Below are positions 55,102 through 63,607 of a stretch of DNA of 64,000 nt, piece after piece. The position numbers were made by a program, and so were the translations under genes. Source of the stretch: Candidatus Micrarchaeota archaeon (GTDB lineage Archaea; Micrarchaeota; Micrarchaeia; Anstonellales; JAHKLY01); NCBI GenBank assembly GCA_020854825.1, contig JAHKLY010000001.1:186844-250843 (forward strand), read 5' to 3'. Position 1 is the first letter of the stretch. The number at the start of each line of letters is the position of its first letter. A model generated the notes under the pieces. The model made no database searches. It was given only the letters and a program-made list of their open reading frames with translations, and was not told the DNA's origin.

Positions 55102-56332
55102 TACTTTGAAATATGTAGTTTATGCAGATTTAGAAATACGCGGGCTTGTTGAAAAGCCGGATGTTGTTGGTGCTATTTTTGGTCAAACAGAAGGATTACT
55201 TGGTGATGAATTAGATTTAAGAGACCTTCAAAAAAATGGAAGAATTGGAAGAATTGAAGTAGAATTAAATGCAAAATCAGGTAAGACTACAGGAAACATA
55301 AAATTACCATCAAGCTTAGATATGGTTGAAACTTGTATCTTAGCTGCAGCTTTAGAAACAGTTGATAGGGTAGGACCATGCGAAGCATTTATTAAAGTTG
55401 AAAAAGTTGAAGATACAAGAAATCTTAAAAGAAAAACAATTATTGATAGGGCAAAGAATTTACTTAGGAATTTACTCAATACTGAGATTCCTGAAAGTAA
55501 AGTTATTTCTGATACAGTTAGAAATGAAGTTAAAACCGCAGAGATAATTGAATATGGGAAAGACAGATTAGCAGCAGGACCAAATATTGATAAATTTGAT
55601 TCAATAATTCTTGTAGAAGGCAGAGCAGATGTATTAAATTTATTGAGAAGTGATATACCAAATGTTGTTGCTGTTGGTGGCGCAAAAATAAATGACACCA
55701 TTATAAAATTAGGAAGAGAAAAAGAATTAACTGTATTTTTAGATGGAGACAGAGGAGGAGACATAATATTAACTCAATTAAAAGAAGTACTTGAGATAGA
55801 TTTTGTCGCAAGAGCTCCAACTGGGAAAGAAGTAGAAGAATTAACAAGAAAAGAGATAATTAAAGCATTAAGAAATAAACTTCCAGTAGAACAAGTAGAT
55901 GCACACAAACCAAACGATACTAAAATGAATTATGAAAGAACAGAAGAAGAAATTAAAAAACCTATGCGGTCCTCAACGTCTTCCCAATCAAGGTCTTCAA
56001 AGATTACAACAACTCCAGTTAAAAAATTTGAAAAACCAGATTACAGTGATAAACCCCCAAAGGAATTAGAGGATAGTTTAAAGCATCTTGAAAATACTTT
56101 GAAAGCTAAATTCTATGACAAAACATATGCTCAGATAAAAGAATTACCTGTAAGAGATGTTATTAAAACATTAGAAAACGAAAAAGAAGTAGAAGCAGTA
56201 GTTTTTGATGGGATTGTAACACAAAGATTAGTTGATTTAGCAGAATCTCAAGGAGTTAAATATTTAATAGGGATAAAAGCAGGAAATATATTTAAAAAAC
56301 CAGAGAATTTAGTAATAATTACAAAGGATTAG
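55082..56332 (+). CDS. dnaG: Archaeal DnaG primase (Toprim domain)
   Basis: YVVYADLEIRGLVEKPDVVGAIFGQTEGLLGDELDLRDLQKNGRIGRIEV is the archaeal DnaG N-terminus. The Toprim motifs are ILVEGRADV...DGDRGG. Confidence 0.9.
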   Translation: MGKTYIDTLKYVVYADLEIRGLVEKPDVVGAIFGQTEGLLGDELDLRDLQKNGRIGRIEVELNAKSGKTTGNIKLPSSLDMVETCILAAALETVDRVGPCEAFIKVEKVEDTRNLKRKTIIDRAKNLLRNLLNTEIPESKVISDTVRNEVKTAEIIEYGKDRLAAGPNIDKFDSIILVEGRADVLNLLRSDIPNVVAVGGAKINDTIIKLGREKELTVFLDGDRGGDIILTQLKEVLEIDFVARAPTGKEVEELTRKEIIKALRNKLPVEQVDAHKPNDTKMNYERTEEEIKKPMRSSTSSQSRSSKITTTPVKKFEKPDYSDKPPKELEDSLKHLENTLKAKFYDKTYAQIKELPVRDVIKTLENEKEVEAVVFDGIVTQRLVDLAESQGVKYLIGIKAGNIFKKPENLVIITKD

Positions 56333-56378
56333 TTTCCTTTCCTTTTATTTTTTAAATATTCGTATTCTATATTATCAA

Positions 56379-57161
56379 ATGGATTTCTTAACTGCGATAA
56401 TTCTAGGTATAATTCAAGGAATAACTGAATGGCTACCTATAAGTTCTTCTGCGATGGTTACTTTAGCTGGAAAATTAATTTTTAATTTTAATTATTCAGA
56501 AGCATTAGGTAATGCGATTTGGCTGCATGGGGGTACTTCATTAGCAGCCATAATTTATTTTAGAAATGAAATAATCAATCTTTTCAAAAGCATTTATAAA
56601 AAAGATAGAAGCAAAGATTTATTGGTTTTTTTAAGTATAACAACACTTTTTAGTTTTATAATCGCAGGGATATTAAGTTTATTTTTATTTTCAATTCATA
56701 TTCCTGAAGTAATTTTTACATTATTTATTGGATTTTTTTTATTAATAATTGCGTTTTTACATAAAAATAGAAAAGAATCTAAAATAGAAGAAGCACTAAC
56801 AAAAACAAAAGCAACAGTGGTGGGGGTATTGCAAGGAGTATCAGTTTTACCTGGGATAAGTAGATCTGGAGTTACAGTTTCTGTGTTATTAATTCAAAAT
56901 TTTTCTTTGAAAAGTTCATTTAAATTAAGTTTTTTAATGAGTATCCCTGCAACATTAGGTGCATCTATTTTTCTTCCATTACTAAAACAAGATTTTGTTA
57001 TAACTGGGCCTTTAGTTTTAGGAGGAATTGTTGCATTTATAACTGGGTTGTTAACTATAAGAATGTTGATGACTTTTGCTGAAAAAGTTAATTTTTATAA
57101 AGCAACATTTATTTTAGGTTTAGTTGTTGTATTATTAGGTTTATTTCAATTGTTTTTCTGA
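56379..57161 (+). CDS. uppP: Undecaprenyl-diphosphate phosphatase (UppP/BacA)
   Basis: IQGITEWLPISSSAM and PGISRSGVTV are the two BacA signature motifs. Confidence 0.9.
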   Translation: MDFLTAIILGIIQGITEWLPISSSAMVTLAGKLIFNFNYSEALGNAIWLHGGTSLAAIIYFRNEIINLFKSIYKKDRSKDLLVFLSITTLFSFIIAGILSLFLFSIHIPEVIFTLFIGFFLLIIAFLHKNRKESKIEEALTKTKATVVGVLQGVSVLPGISRSGVTVSVLLIQNFSLKSSFKLSFLMSIPATLGASIFLPLLKQDFVITGPLVLGGIVAFITGLLTIRMLMTFAEKVNFYKATFILGLVVVLLGLFQLFF

Positions 57162-57202
57162 GTTTCAGAAGCTTTTTAAAGGGTGACTACCTTAATTAAT
57201 CT

Positions 57203-57661
57203 ATGTTGGTAATCCTTGTTGAGGGTAAAGGACCTAAAATACGTTCAAATAAATCGGATATAGTATTCAAATTATTGCGAGCATATTTTGGAAAATCGCT
57301 TGAAAAACATAAACTCGAATTAATATTAGAAAAATATAATAAAGGAATGTTAAAATCTTCTAAAAAATATAAGGTTGATAAATTAATATTAATAGTTAAT
57401 CCATTAGAATATGCAGAAGATGGTGCAACTTTTGAAATCATATTTGAAGGTAAGATGAATCTCAAAAAATTACTTGAAGAAGCATTTATTTTACAAGGAT
57501 TTAGAGACAATATAAAAGATCATTATAAAATGGATAAAATTAAAAAATTAATATTTACTACTGAAGTAAGGTTGCATATAGATTCGTTTGATGAAACGAA
57601 AATAAAAAAGAGTAGTTTAAGGGATATTAAAGAAGTCGCGATGACATATTATGATATTTAA
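57203..57661 (+). CDS. Hypothetical protein (152 aa)
   Basis: ORF only; Lys-rich; no motif recognised. Confidence 0.4.
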   Translation: MLVILVEGKGPKIRSNKSDIVFKLLRAYFGKSLEKHKLELILEKYNKGMLKSSKKYKVDKLILIVNPLEYAEDGATFEIIFEGKMNLKKLLEEAFILQGFRDNIKDHYKMDKIKKLIFTTEVRLHIDSFDETKIKKSSLRDIKEVAMTYYDI

Positions 57662-57670
57662 GTGATAAAT

Positions 57671-58198
57671 ATGGCATTTAAAAATGAGATCCAATTTAAA
57701 CATAAAAGTGATTCATATACATTAACTCAAGTAATTAATATGTTAAACTCATTAGGATATACTAGTGATAAGTTATCAAGAGATGAAAAAGCAGGCATAA
57801 TTTTAGGAGAAGGGATAAAAGAGATGATACAACAATTTAATAGAGATTTTGATATTAAAGATCAAAGTGGAAATTTAACTGATTTTGTTTTAAGTAAGAT
57901 TATAGAAGCAGGTAAAATAATTAAAGCACAAAGTCAATTAAAAACTTTAAATTATTTTAAAGGAGAACCAAATGGGATGTTAGATGAAGAAACAGAATTA
58001 GCTATAAATAAATTTAAAGTGGATAATAACATCTCAAAAATTGACGGGAAATTAGATAAAGAAACAATAAACTTATTAGATGAAAAAATAGATGTTTTAA
58101 TGTCTTTAAAAGGGTATGTTCCAGTTAAGATAGATAATTCTGAATTTACTAATTTTTATTATGTAGATCAAGATGGGACATTGACTGTTTCAAGATAA
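57671..58198 (+). CDS. Protein with peptidoglycan-binding-like (PG_binding_1-type) repeats
   Basis: QLKTLNYFKGEPNGMLDEETELAINKFKVDNNISKIDGKLDKETINLL follows L..L.y..g...G..d..T..Ai..F.......dG.ld..T...L. A weaker first repeat is MLNSLGYTSDKL...IQQFNRDF. No signal peptide is seen. Confidence 0.5.
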   Translation: MAFKNEIQFKHKSDSYTLTQVINMLNSLGYTSDKLSRDEKAGIILGEGIKEMIQQFNRDFDIKDQSGNLTDFVLSKIIEAGKIIKAQSQLKTLNYFKGEPNGMLDEETELAINKFKVDNNISKIDGKLDKETINLLDEKIDVLMSLKGYVPVKIDNSEFTNFYYVDQDGTLTVSR

Positions 58199-58199
58199 A

Positions 58200-58391
58200 T
58201 GGGCCCGCCCGGATTGTCAGCTTGCTGGTAAATTTTGTTTCTGCAATTCTTTTGAACCGGGGACCTTCTGCATTTTGAACTTTTTTTGGTGCAGCTTTTT
58301 AGGATGACCAAAAAAGGTGCGTCAAGCAGACGTCTTAACCATTATCCACTTTCTAATACTTTGATATTAAAAAGTTCTGGACCACGGGCCC
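58200..58391 (-). tRNA. tRNA-Val(GAC) with three introns (D-loop, anticodon loop, T-loop)
   Basis: Reverse complement reads GGGCCCG-TG-GTCC-AGA[intron]ATGGTTAA-GAC-G-TCTGC-TTGACGC[intron]-GCAGA-AGGTC-CCCGG-TTCAAA[intron]T-CCGGG-CGGGCCC-A. Exact intron borders are ambiguous by 1-2 nt. Confidence 0.8.
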
Positions 58392-58433
58392 TTTATAGAA
58401 ATATTTAAGTTGCATTACCTTTTTAAGAGTTGT

Positions 58434-59828
58434 TTATAATATTTCTCTGCCTGTTTGGTTCTTTTTAAAAGCAAAATCGCTCATTTCTGTTGAATACCAA
58501 TTAGAATGTTTGATGCTTAGTTGTTCTTCAATTGTTTTATTTTCTTCTATAGCTTTTTTAACATGTGTTTTATCTATTAGTTCTGCATCTTCAGAAACTG
58601 CAATATCTCCTGCCATTCTAATTATCCCATTAAGTATCCTAAATCTAAGTGAATATCCATTTTCATTATCAATTTTTTTAGCTAATTCTTTTGATTTTTC
58701 AATTATAATTTCTGCTGCGTCTAAATTCATATCTGGTATTTTTCCATCTTTTTTTATTTCTTGAGCAATGAATTGAAATAGTTTTTTCTTATTTTCTTCG
58801 TTTTCTTCCATAACTGTATCAAAAAGAATTTCATACCCTTGGCCTCGAATTCTGTTTCTTAATGCAGGAAGAATGTTAGGTAAATCATTAATATTTGCGG
58901 ATGCAATTAAAATAAAATCACAAGGCACATTTTCCACCTTTATTGATGCTCCTGAACTTGTTGGGTTTTTACTTGTAATTGAAAATTTTTTATCCTGCAT
59001 AGCAGTCAACAAATATCTTTGGATTTCTCCTAAGGATGATAATTCATCTAAATATAATACTCCTTCATGTGCTTCATGCACCGCGCCTGGTAGAACTCTT
59101 AAATAAGAAGGAGTACCAATTTTTTTATGATTTCCATAGGGATCATGTTGTATATCTCCTAAAAGTTCAGTTTCGCTTGCTCCAATTGCTTGTACAAACG
59201 GATTTCTATCTAATGGAATAAGTGTTTTTTCTTTTAACTTTAATTCTATTTCCTTTACTTTTTTTTCTTCTTTTTCCGTCAAGCTTAAAATTCTATTTCC
59301 TTCTCTTTTGAATATAATTCTTTCCTCCTTTCCATTTGTTATTCGTGTTGAATCAATACTGTCTTTTCTTGTTGTTTTTAACCCTAGGATGTCATGAGCT
59401 AGTTGGTATTTTTGAGCACCACAATATGGACAAACCCATTCTTCTGCGTTACTTAATTTTGAACATCTTTTACATTTAAATCCAAGCGCTTCAGATACAA
59501 AATAAGGAACATAAATAGGATCAATGTAAGTTCCCACTTTTTCTTTTTTCTTATTTTTTTTGATTTCTGTTATAGTTTTAATTTTTATTAATGGTTTGTT
59601 TTCGTTTTTTTCATTATGTGTAACTACTATCTCTTCTTTTGGTTTTGGTATTAGGTTAGAAATAGATTGTGCTATCATTGATTTACCTGTTCCGGGGGGG
59701 CCAATTAGTAATAAATGTCTTTTTTGCTTTACACAAATTTTTGCATAATTTACAGCTCTTTCTTGTCCAATAACTGTATCTATTGGATTTTTAGGAATCA
59801 AAATATCTTTAGTAGTTTCACAACCCAT
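58434..59828 (-). CDS. LonB-like AAA+ ATPase lacking the TM insertion and the protease domain
   Basis: VIGQERAVNYAKICVKQKRHLLLIGPPGTGKSM and PGAVHEAHEGVLYLDELSSL...LLTAMQDKKFSITSKNPTSSGASIKVENVPCDFILIASAN...ALRNRIRGQGYEI are LonB ATPase motifs. Between Walker A and Walker B lies a zinc ribbon (CKRCSK...CPYCG). The ORF ends after the lid domain. Start at ATG 59828. Confidence 0.7.
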   Translation of the reverse strand: MGCETTKDILIPKNPIDTVIGQERAVNYAKICVKQKRHLLLIGPPGTGKSMIAQSISNLIPKPKEEIVVTHNEKNENKPLIKIKTITEIKKNKKKEKVGTYIDPIYVPYFVSEALGFKCKRCSKLSNAEEWVCPYCGAQKYQLAHDILGLKTTRKDSIDSTRITNGKEERIIFKREGNRILSLTEKEEKKVKEIELKLKEKTLIPLDRNPFVQAIGASETELLGDIQHDPYGNHKKIGTPSYLRVLPGAVHEAHEGVLYLDELSSLGEIQRYLLTAMQDKKFSITSKNPTSSGASIKVENVPCDFILIASANINDLPNILPALRNRIRGQGYEILFDTVMEENEENKKKLFQFIAQEIKKDGKIPDMNLDAAEIIIEKSKELAKKIDNENGYSLRFRILNGIIRMAGDIAVSEDAELIDKTHVKKAIEENKTIEEQLSIKHSNWYSTEMSDFAFKKNQTGREIL

Positions 59829-59851
59829 ATTAAAATTACATAAAATAAGCT

Positions 59852-61105
59852 TTAAACACTTTCTCCTATTAAACAACTTTGAGTATAATCAGTAATTTTT
59901 ATTTTAAGAATTTTACCTATGTTTAAATTTTTAGTTTTAACTGCGATTTGTTTGTAATTAATATCTCTGCCTGTCCATGTTTTTTGTTTTTCTGTTATTA
60001 AAATTTCACAAATTTTATTTTTTTGTTGTTTGTTTTTTTCTAAAGATATATTACTAAATAATTCGCTGGTTTTTTTAGTTCTTTTTTTAATTATATGATT
60101 ATCCAACTGTTTCATATTTTTAGCAGGAGTTCCTGGTCTAGGAGTAAATCTTGAAATATTTAATACTTCAAATTTAAATTCTTTAATTAAATTTAATGTT
60201 TCTTGAAAATCTTTTTCTGTTTCAGTAGGAAAACCGATAATTACATCTGTTGCAATTGTCATATTGGGAATTTTTTTTTTAAATTTTTTCCATATTTTTT
60301 TATATTCCTGAAGGGTATAATATCTATTCATACTCTTTAGTATTTTATTACTCCCAGATTGTAAAGGAATGTGTAAAAATTTATACATTTTTTTATTTTT
60401 ATAAATTTCAATAAGTTCATCTAAAAAAGTATAAACATGATTTGGATTAATCATTCCTAATCTAATATAATAATCTCCTTTAATCTTTAAAATTTCATTC
60501 AATAGTTCAATTAGATTTGTGTTAATATCAATACCATAAGCACCAGTATCTTGTGCTGTTAATTGAATTTCTTTTGCCCCGTGTTTTACTGCTTTTTCAA
60601 CTTCTAATTTTATTTTTCTTATTGTATAACTTTTTAATTTTCCTCTTGCTAAATGTGTTTCACAATATGTACAATTTCCTAAACATCCTTCTGCAAGAGG
60701 AACTGATGCAATAATCCCCGAATAAATAGTTGGTAATTCAGATTTATCATATTTTTTGATATTGGTATATTTTTTTCCTTTTAATGCATTAGTGCATGCA
60801 GTATATATTTTAGAAATAGAACTTGTTGATAATATAGGGATATTTGGATATTTTTCTCTAATTAAAGGTTCTCTTAAATATAAACATCCTGTTAAAACAG
60901 CAGGTTTTTTTTCTTTGTATAAATCTTGTATTTTTTTTAAAATTCTATTTTCAGTTTGATGTTTAACAGTGCAAGAATTAAGTATTATTACGTTTGCATT
61001 TTTCTCATTAGTTTCTTTACAATTTTTAGAATTTAGGATTGCTCGCATTTTATTTGAATCTGTTTTATTTAACGTACATCCATAAGTGATTATATGATAT
61101 TTCAT
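59852..61105 (-). CDS. Radical-SAM methylthiotransferase, archaeal MiaB-like (e-MtaB/CDKAL1 type)
   Basis: UPF0004 domain (YHIITYGCTLNKTDS...NSCTV), radical-SAM CxxxCxxC (CLGNCTYCE) and a TRAM-like C-terminus. Start at ATG 61105. Confidence 0.85.
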   Translation of the reverse strand: MKYHIITYGCTLNKTDSNKMRAILNSKNCKETNEKNANVIILNSCTVKHQTENRILKKIQDLYKEKKPAVLTGCLYLREPLIREKYPNIPILSTSSISKIYTACTNALKGKKYTNIKKYDKSELPTIYSGIIASVPLAEGCLGNCTYCETHLARGKLKSYTIRKIKLEVEKAVKHGAKEIQLTAQDTGAYGIDINTNLIELLNEILKIKGDYYIRLGMINPNHVYTFLDELIEIYKNKKMYKFLHIPLQSGSNKILKSMNRYYTLQEYKKIWKKFKKKIPNMTIATDVIIGFPTETEKDFQETLNLIKEFKFEVLNISRFTPRPGTPAKNMKQLDNHIIKKRTKKTSELFSNISLEKNKQQKNKICEILITEKQKTWTGRDINYKQIAVKTKNLNIGKILKIKITDYTQSCLIGESV

Positions 61106-61128
61106 AATTAAAATAAGAAACACACAAT

Positions 61129-61551
61129 TTATATTAGTTGGTCAAATTCATGTAGGTCTGCATTTATTTTAGTAAATAATCTTTCTTTTTCTTCTTTTTC
61201 AAAATACCTATCAATTAATCTTCTAATATTAAAATAGATAAAATGTGCTAATGTGTCTCTTTTTACTTGTATATTTTCAGGCCATAAATTTGAATTTTCT
61301 GCAAAACAAGGAAAAACTTCATAAGCTAAATACTCTAATAATTGTTTTTTATATTCTAATCCTTCTGTTTTTTCTATTATTCTATCAATTTCTTCTAAAT
61401 TTTCTAAACCTTTAAAACAAAAGTCTTGAATTGTCTTGAATATCTCTTGTTTTTCAGGATCTCTAGTATTTGTTTTAGAGACAGGAAATTCAATGGTTCT
61501 TTTAATTCCCTTTTCTGTTAATTTTACAGGTAATACTTTTGGTGTTGGCAT
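61129..61551 (-). CDS. Hypothetical protein (140 aa)
   Basis: Trimmed to ATG 61551. The longer track ORF overlaps the divergent GGDEF gene start. No motif recognised. Confidence 0.4.
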   Translation of the reverse strand: MPTPKVLPVKLTEKGIKRTIEFPVSKTNTRDPEKQEIFKTIQDFCFKGLENLEEIDRIIEKTEGLEYKKQLLEYLAYEVFPCFAENSNLWPENIQVKRDTLAHFIYFNIRRLIDRYFEKEEKERLFTKINADLHEFDQLI

Positions 61552-61639
61552 GTTTATTTTGTGTTTTTCTGTCTTTATAAATGTTTTTATTGAATACTCA
61601 ACAGAAAGGTTTAAAAATGAAAAACACAGCAACTGATAC

Positions 61640-62701
61640 ATGCAAAAAGAAATACTTTCAACCTTACAAGCTTTAAAAAAAGCTTTAGAAACAAGTCCAG
61701 AAGATGTAGTGGTTGAATTATTAGAAATGGTTATAAAAACTACAAATGCAGACACAGCTAGATTATGGATTGAAGACCCTGAAAAAAGAGATTATGTTAA
61801 ATGTGTAGCAAGTGTTCCAATTGATTATGAAAAATGGAAAAAAATTAAAGAATTACGAGTAAGAAAATCTTTAAAAATTGTGAGTGATTCTTTGAAAAAT
61901 CCAGCAAAGGTTTATGAAAAATTGATCAATGGAAATTCAAAAACAAAAGATAGTTATGCTAAAGTAACAGAACAAAAAGGAGTAAATTTAGTATGTGGTA
62001 TTGAATTAGGAGGAAAACATAATACTGGATTAATAGCAATTGATTTTGGAGAAAAACAAGTTTCTAAACAAGAGTTGGTACATGCAAAAGAAGCATTAGA
62101 AACTTCAACTACTTTAATTGGTTTATTATTTACAAATGAGAATTGGTTGACGAATTTAGAAAAATTATCCAAAATGGATGAATTAACAAGAATATATAAT
62201 GTTAGAGAATATAGAACACAATTAGATAGTGAGATAAATAAAAGAAAAAAAGGAAAAGATAAAAGTCCATTATTTTTAGCTGAATTTGATATTGATGATT
62301 TTAAACAAATAAATGATAATTATGAAAGTCATGTTGTGGGAGATATAGTTTTAGAAAGATTAGGGAAAAGAATAACAAAATTTATTGATGATAATAATCT
62401 TTCTGAATTTATGCATGCATATAGGAGAGGAGGAGACGAATTTGCTATACTAATATGGGCTAAAAATAGAAATGAATGCAGAGATATTATATCAGAGTTA
62501 TTTAAAAATTTAACAAGGAATATGAGTATAAAAAGAGAAAAAGAAACATTAACCATTCCTATAAGTATAAGTATGGGTTGTGGTATGTTTGAAGATAGAT
62601 ATACTTCTCAAGATTTTAAAAATACAATTGATGCACGAGTATATTATGCTAAAAAAACAGGTAAAAATAAAATTATAGGTCAAAAAGAACACAATATTTA
62701 A
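61640..62701 (+). CDS. GAF-like sensor plus GGDEF-domain protein (diguanylate-cyclase-like)
   Basis: GGDEF-domain motifs appear in order: DELTRIYNVREY....LD, FDIDDFKQINDNY.SHVVGD, RRGGDEFAILI and YYAKKTGKN. The N-terminal roughly 170 aa are GAF-like (VIKTTNADTARLWIEDPEKRDYVKCVAS). There is no RxxD I-site. Confidence 0.8.
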   Translation: MQKEILSTLQALKKALETSPEDVVVELLEMVIKTTNADTARLWIEDPEKRDYVKCVASVPIDYEKWKKIKELRVRKSLKIVSDSLKNPAKVYEKLINGNSKTKDSYAKVTEQKGVNLVCGIELGGKHNTGLIAIDFGEKQVSKQELVHAKEALETSTTLIGLLFTNENWLTNLEKLSKMDELTRIYNVREYRTQLDSEINKRKKGKDKSPLFLAEFDIDDFKQINDNYESHVVGDIVLERLGKRITKFIDDNNLSEFMHAYRRGGDEFAILIWAKNRNECRDIISELFKNLTRNMSIKREKETLTIPISISMGCGMFEDRYTSQDFKNTIDARVYYAKKTGKNKIIGQKEHNI

Positions 62702-63159
62702 TAAGTACGTTTTAATGCTTTCATGACTTTTGTTATTTGTTTAAAAGAGGATTCAACTTTTTTGGTATACATTTCTTCAAGTGAAATATTTAATTCATTA
62801 TTTTCAGGTAAGGACCCGGTTATAAAATAATATTTTCTTTGTTTTGAATCAATTAGACCTTTATTTTTTAATTGTAATAAATGATATCTAACTGCTTTTG
62901 GATTTGGTTCTTCTTTTTTATTTTTTTCAAGTTCATCTAGTATGTTATGGATATCTGGATTTTTATTTTTAAAGTGGAAATGCAACAGAACTTCTAATAT
63001 ATCTAACATTAAAGTTCTTGTTTCATTTGGGGAGATTAATCCTAAAGATAATGCTAACCATCTAACCATCGCTTTTCTAGTTAGTAAAACATCTTGAGAA
63101 ATTTTAATATCTCTCAAAACAATTTCATCTTTTATTAATTCTGCTTCTGGAAATCCCAT
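62698..63159 (-). CDS. Winged-helix DNA-binding-like protein
   Basis: NPKAVRYHLLQLKNKGLIDSKQRKYYFITG looks like a recognition helix plus wing. Its stop codon overlaps the GGDEF gene stop (convergent). Start at ATG 63159. Confidence 0.45.
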   Translation of the reverse strand: MGFPEAELIKDEIVLRDIKISQDVLLTRKAMVRWLALSLGLISPNETRTLMLDILEVLLHFHFKNKNPDIHNILDELEKNKKEEPNPKAVRYHLLQLKNKGLIDSKQRKYYFITGSLPENNELNISLEEMYTKKVESSFKQITKVMKALKRTY

Positions 63160-63218
63160 AAAAACCAAAAATCTTTTTCCCTTAAGATATTTAAACTTAT
63201 TGTGAATAATTACAATTA

Positions 63219-63593
63219 ATGACTAATAAATTATTATCAATCAAAGCATCTTTTTTTCCGATTAGACTTATTGCATATACACAAAATGATGTTGAAATTG
63301 AAGTAACAATTCAAAATAATACCGAAGATATTTATTGGACAGAATGTGACGTAGAACTTCCAGAGGCTATTTCATTATCAAAAGATAAAAAATTAATAAA
63401 AGGAAGAAGCAGAGTAGGAATAGTTGGTCCTGATGCTAGTGTAACAAAGCGCATAAAGATATATGGTAGAGAAAGTTCTTATCCAGATCTTTATACCATA
63501 AAATTAACTGCATATGGTTTTGATCAGGAAGGAAAGATTCAAACCCATTCAAATAAAAGTGTTAAATTACGATGCGAAAAATTAGATCATTAA
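63219..63593 (+). CDS. Hypothetical protein (124 aa), beta-sandwich-like
   Basis: ORF only; no motif recognised. Confidence 0.4.
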   Translation: MTNKLLSIKASFFPIRLIAYTQNDVEIEVTIQNNTEDIYWTECDVELPEAISLSKDKKLIKGRSRVGIVGPDASVTKRIKIYGRESSYPDLYTIKLTAYGFDQEGKIQTHSNKSVKLRCEKLDH

Positions 63594-63607
63594 AAAGAGG
63601 TTGTTAA

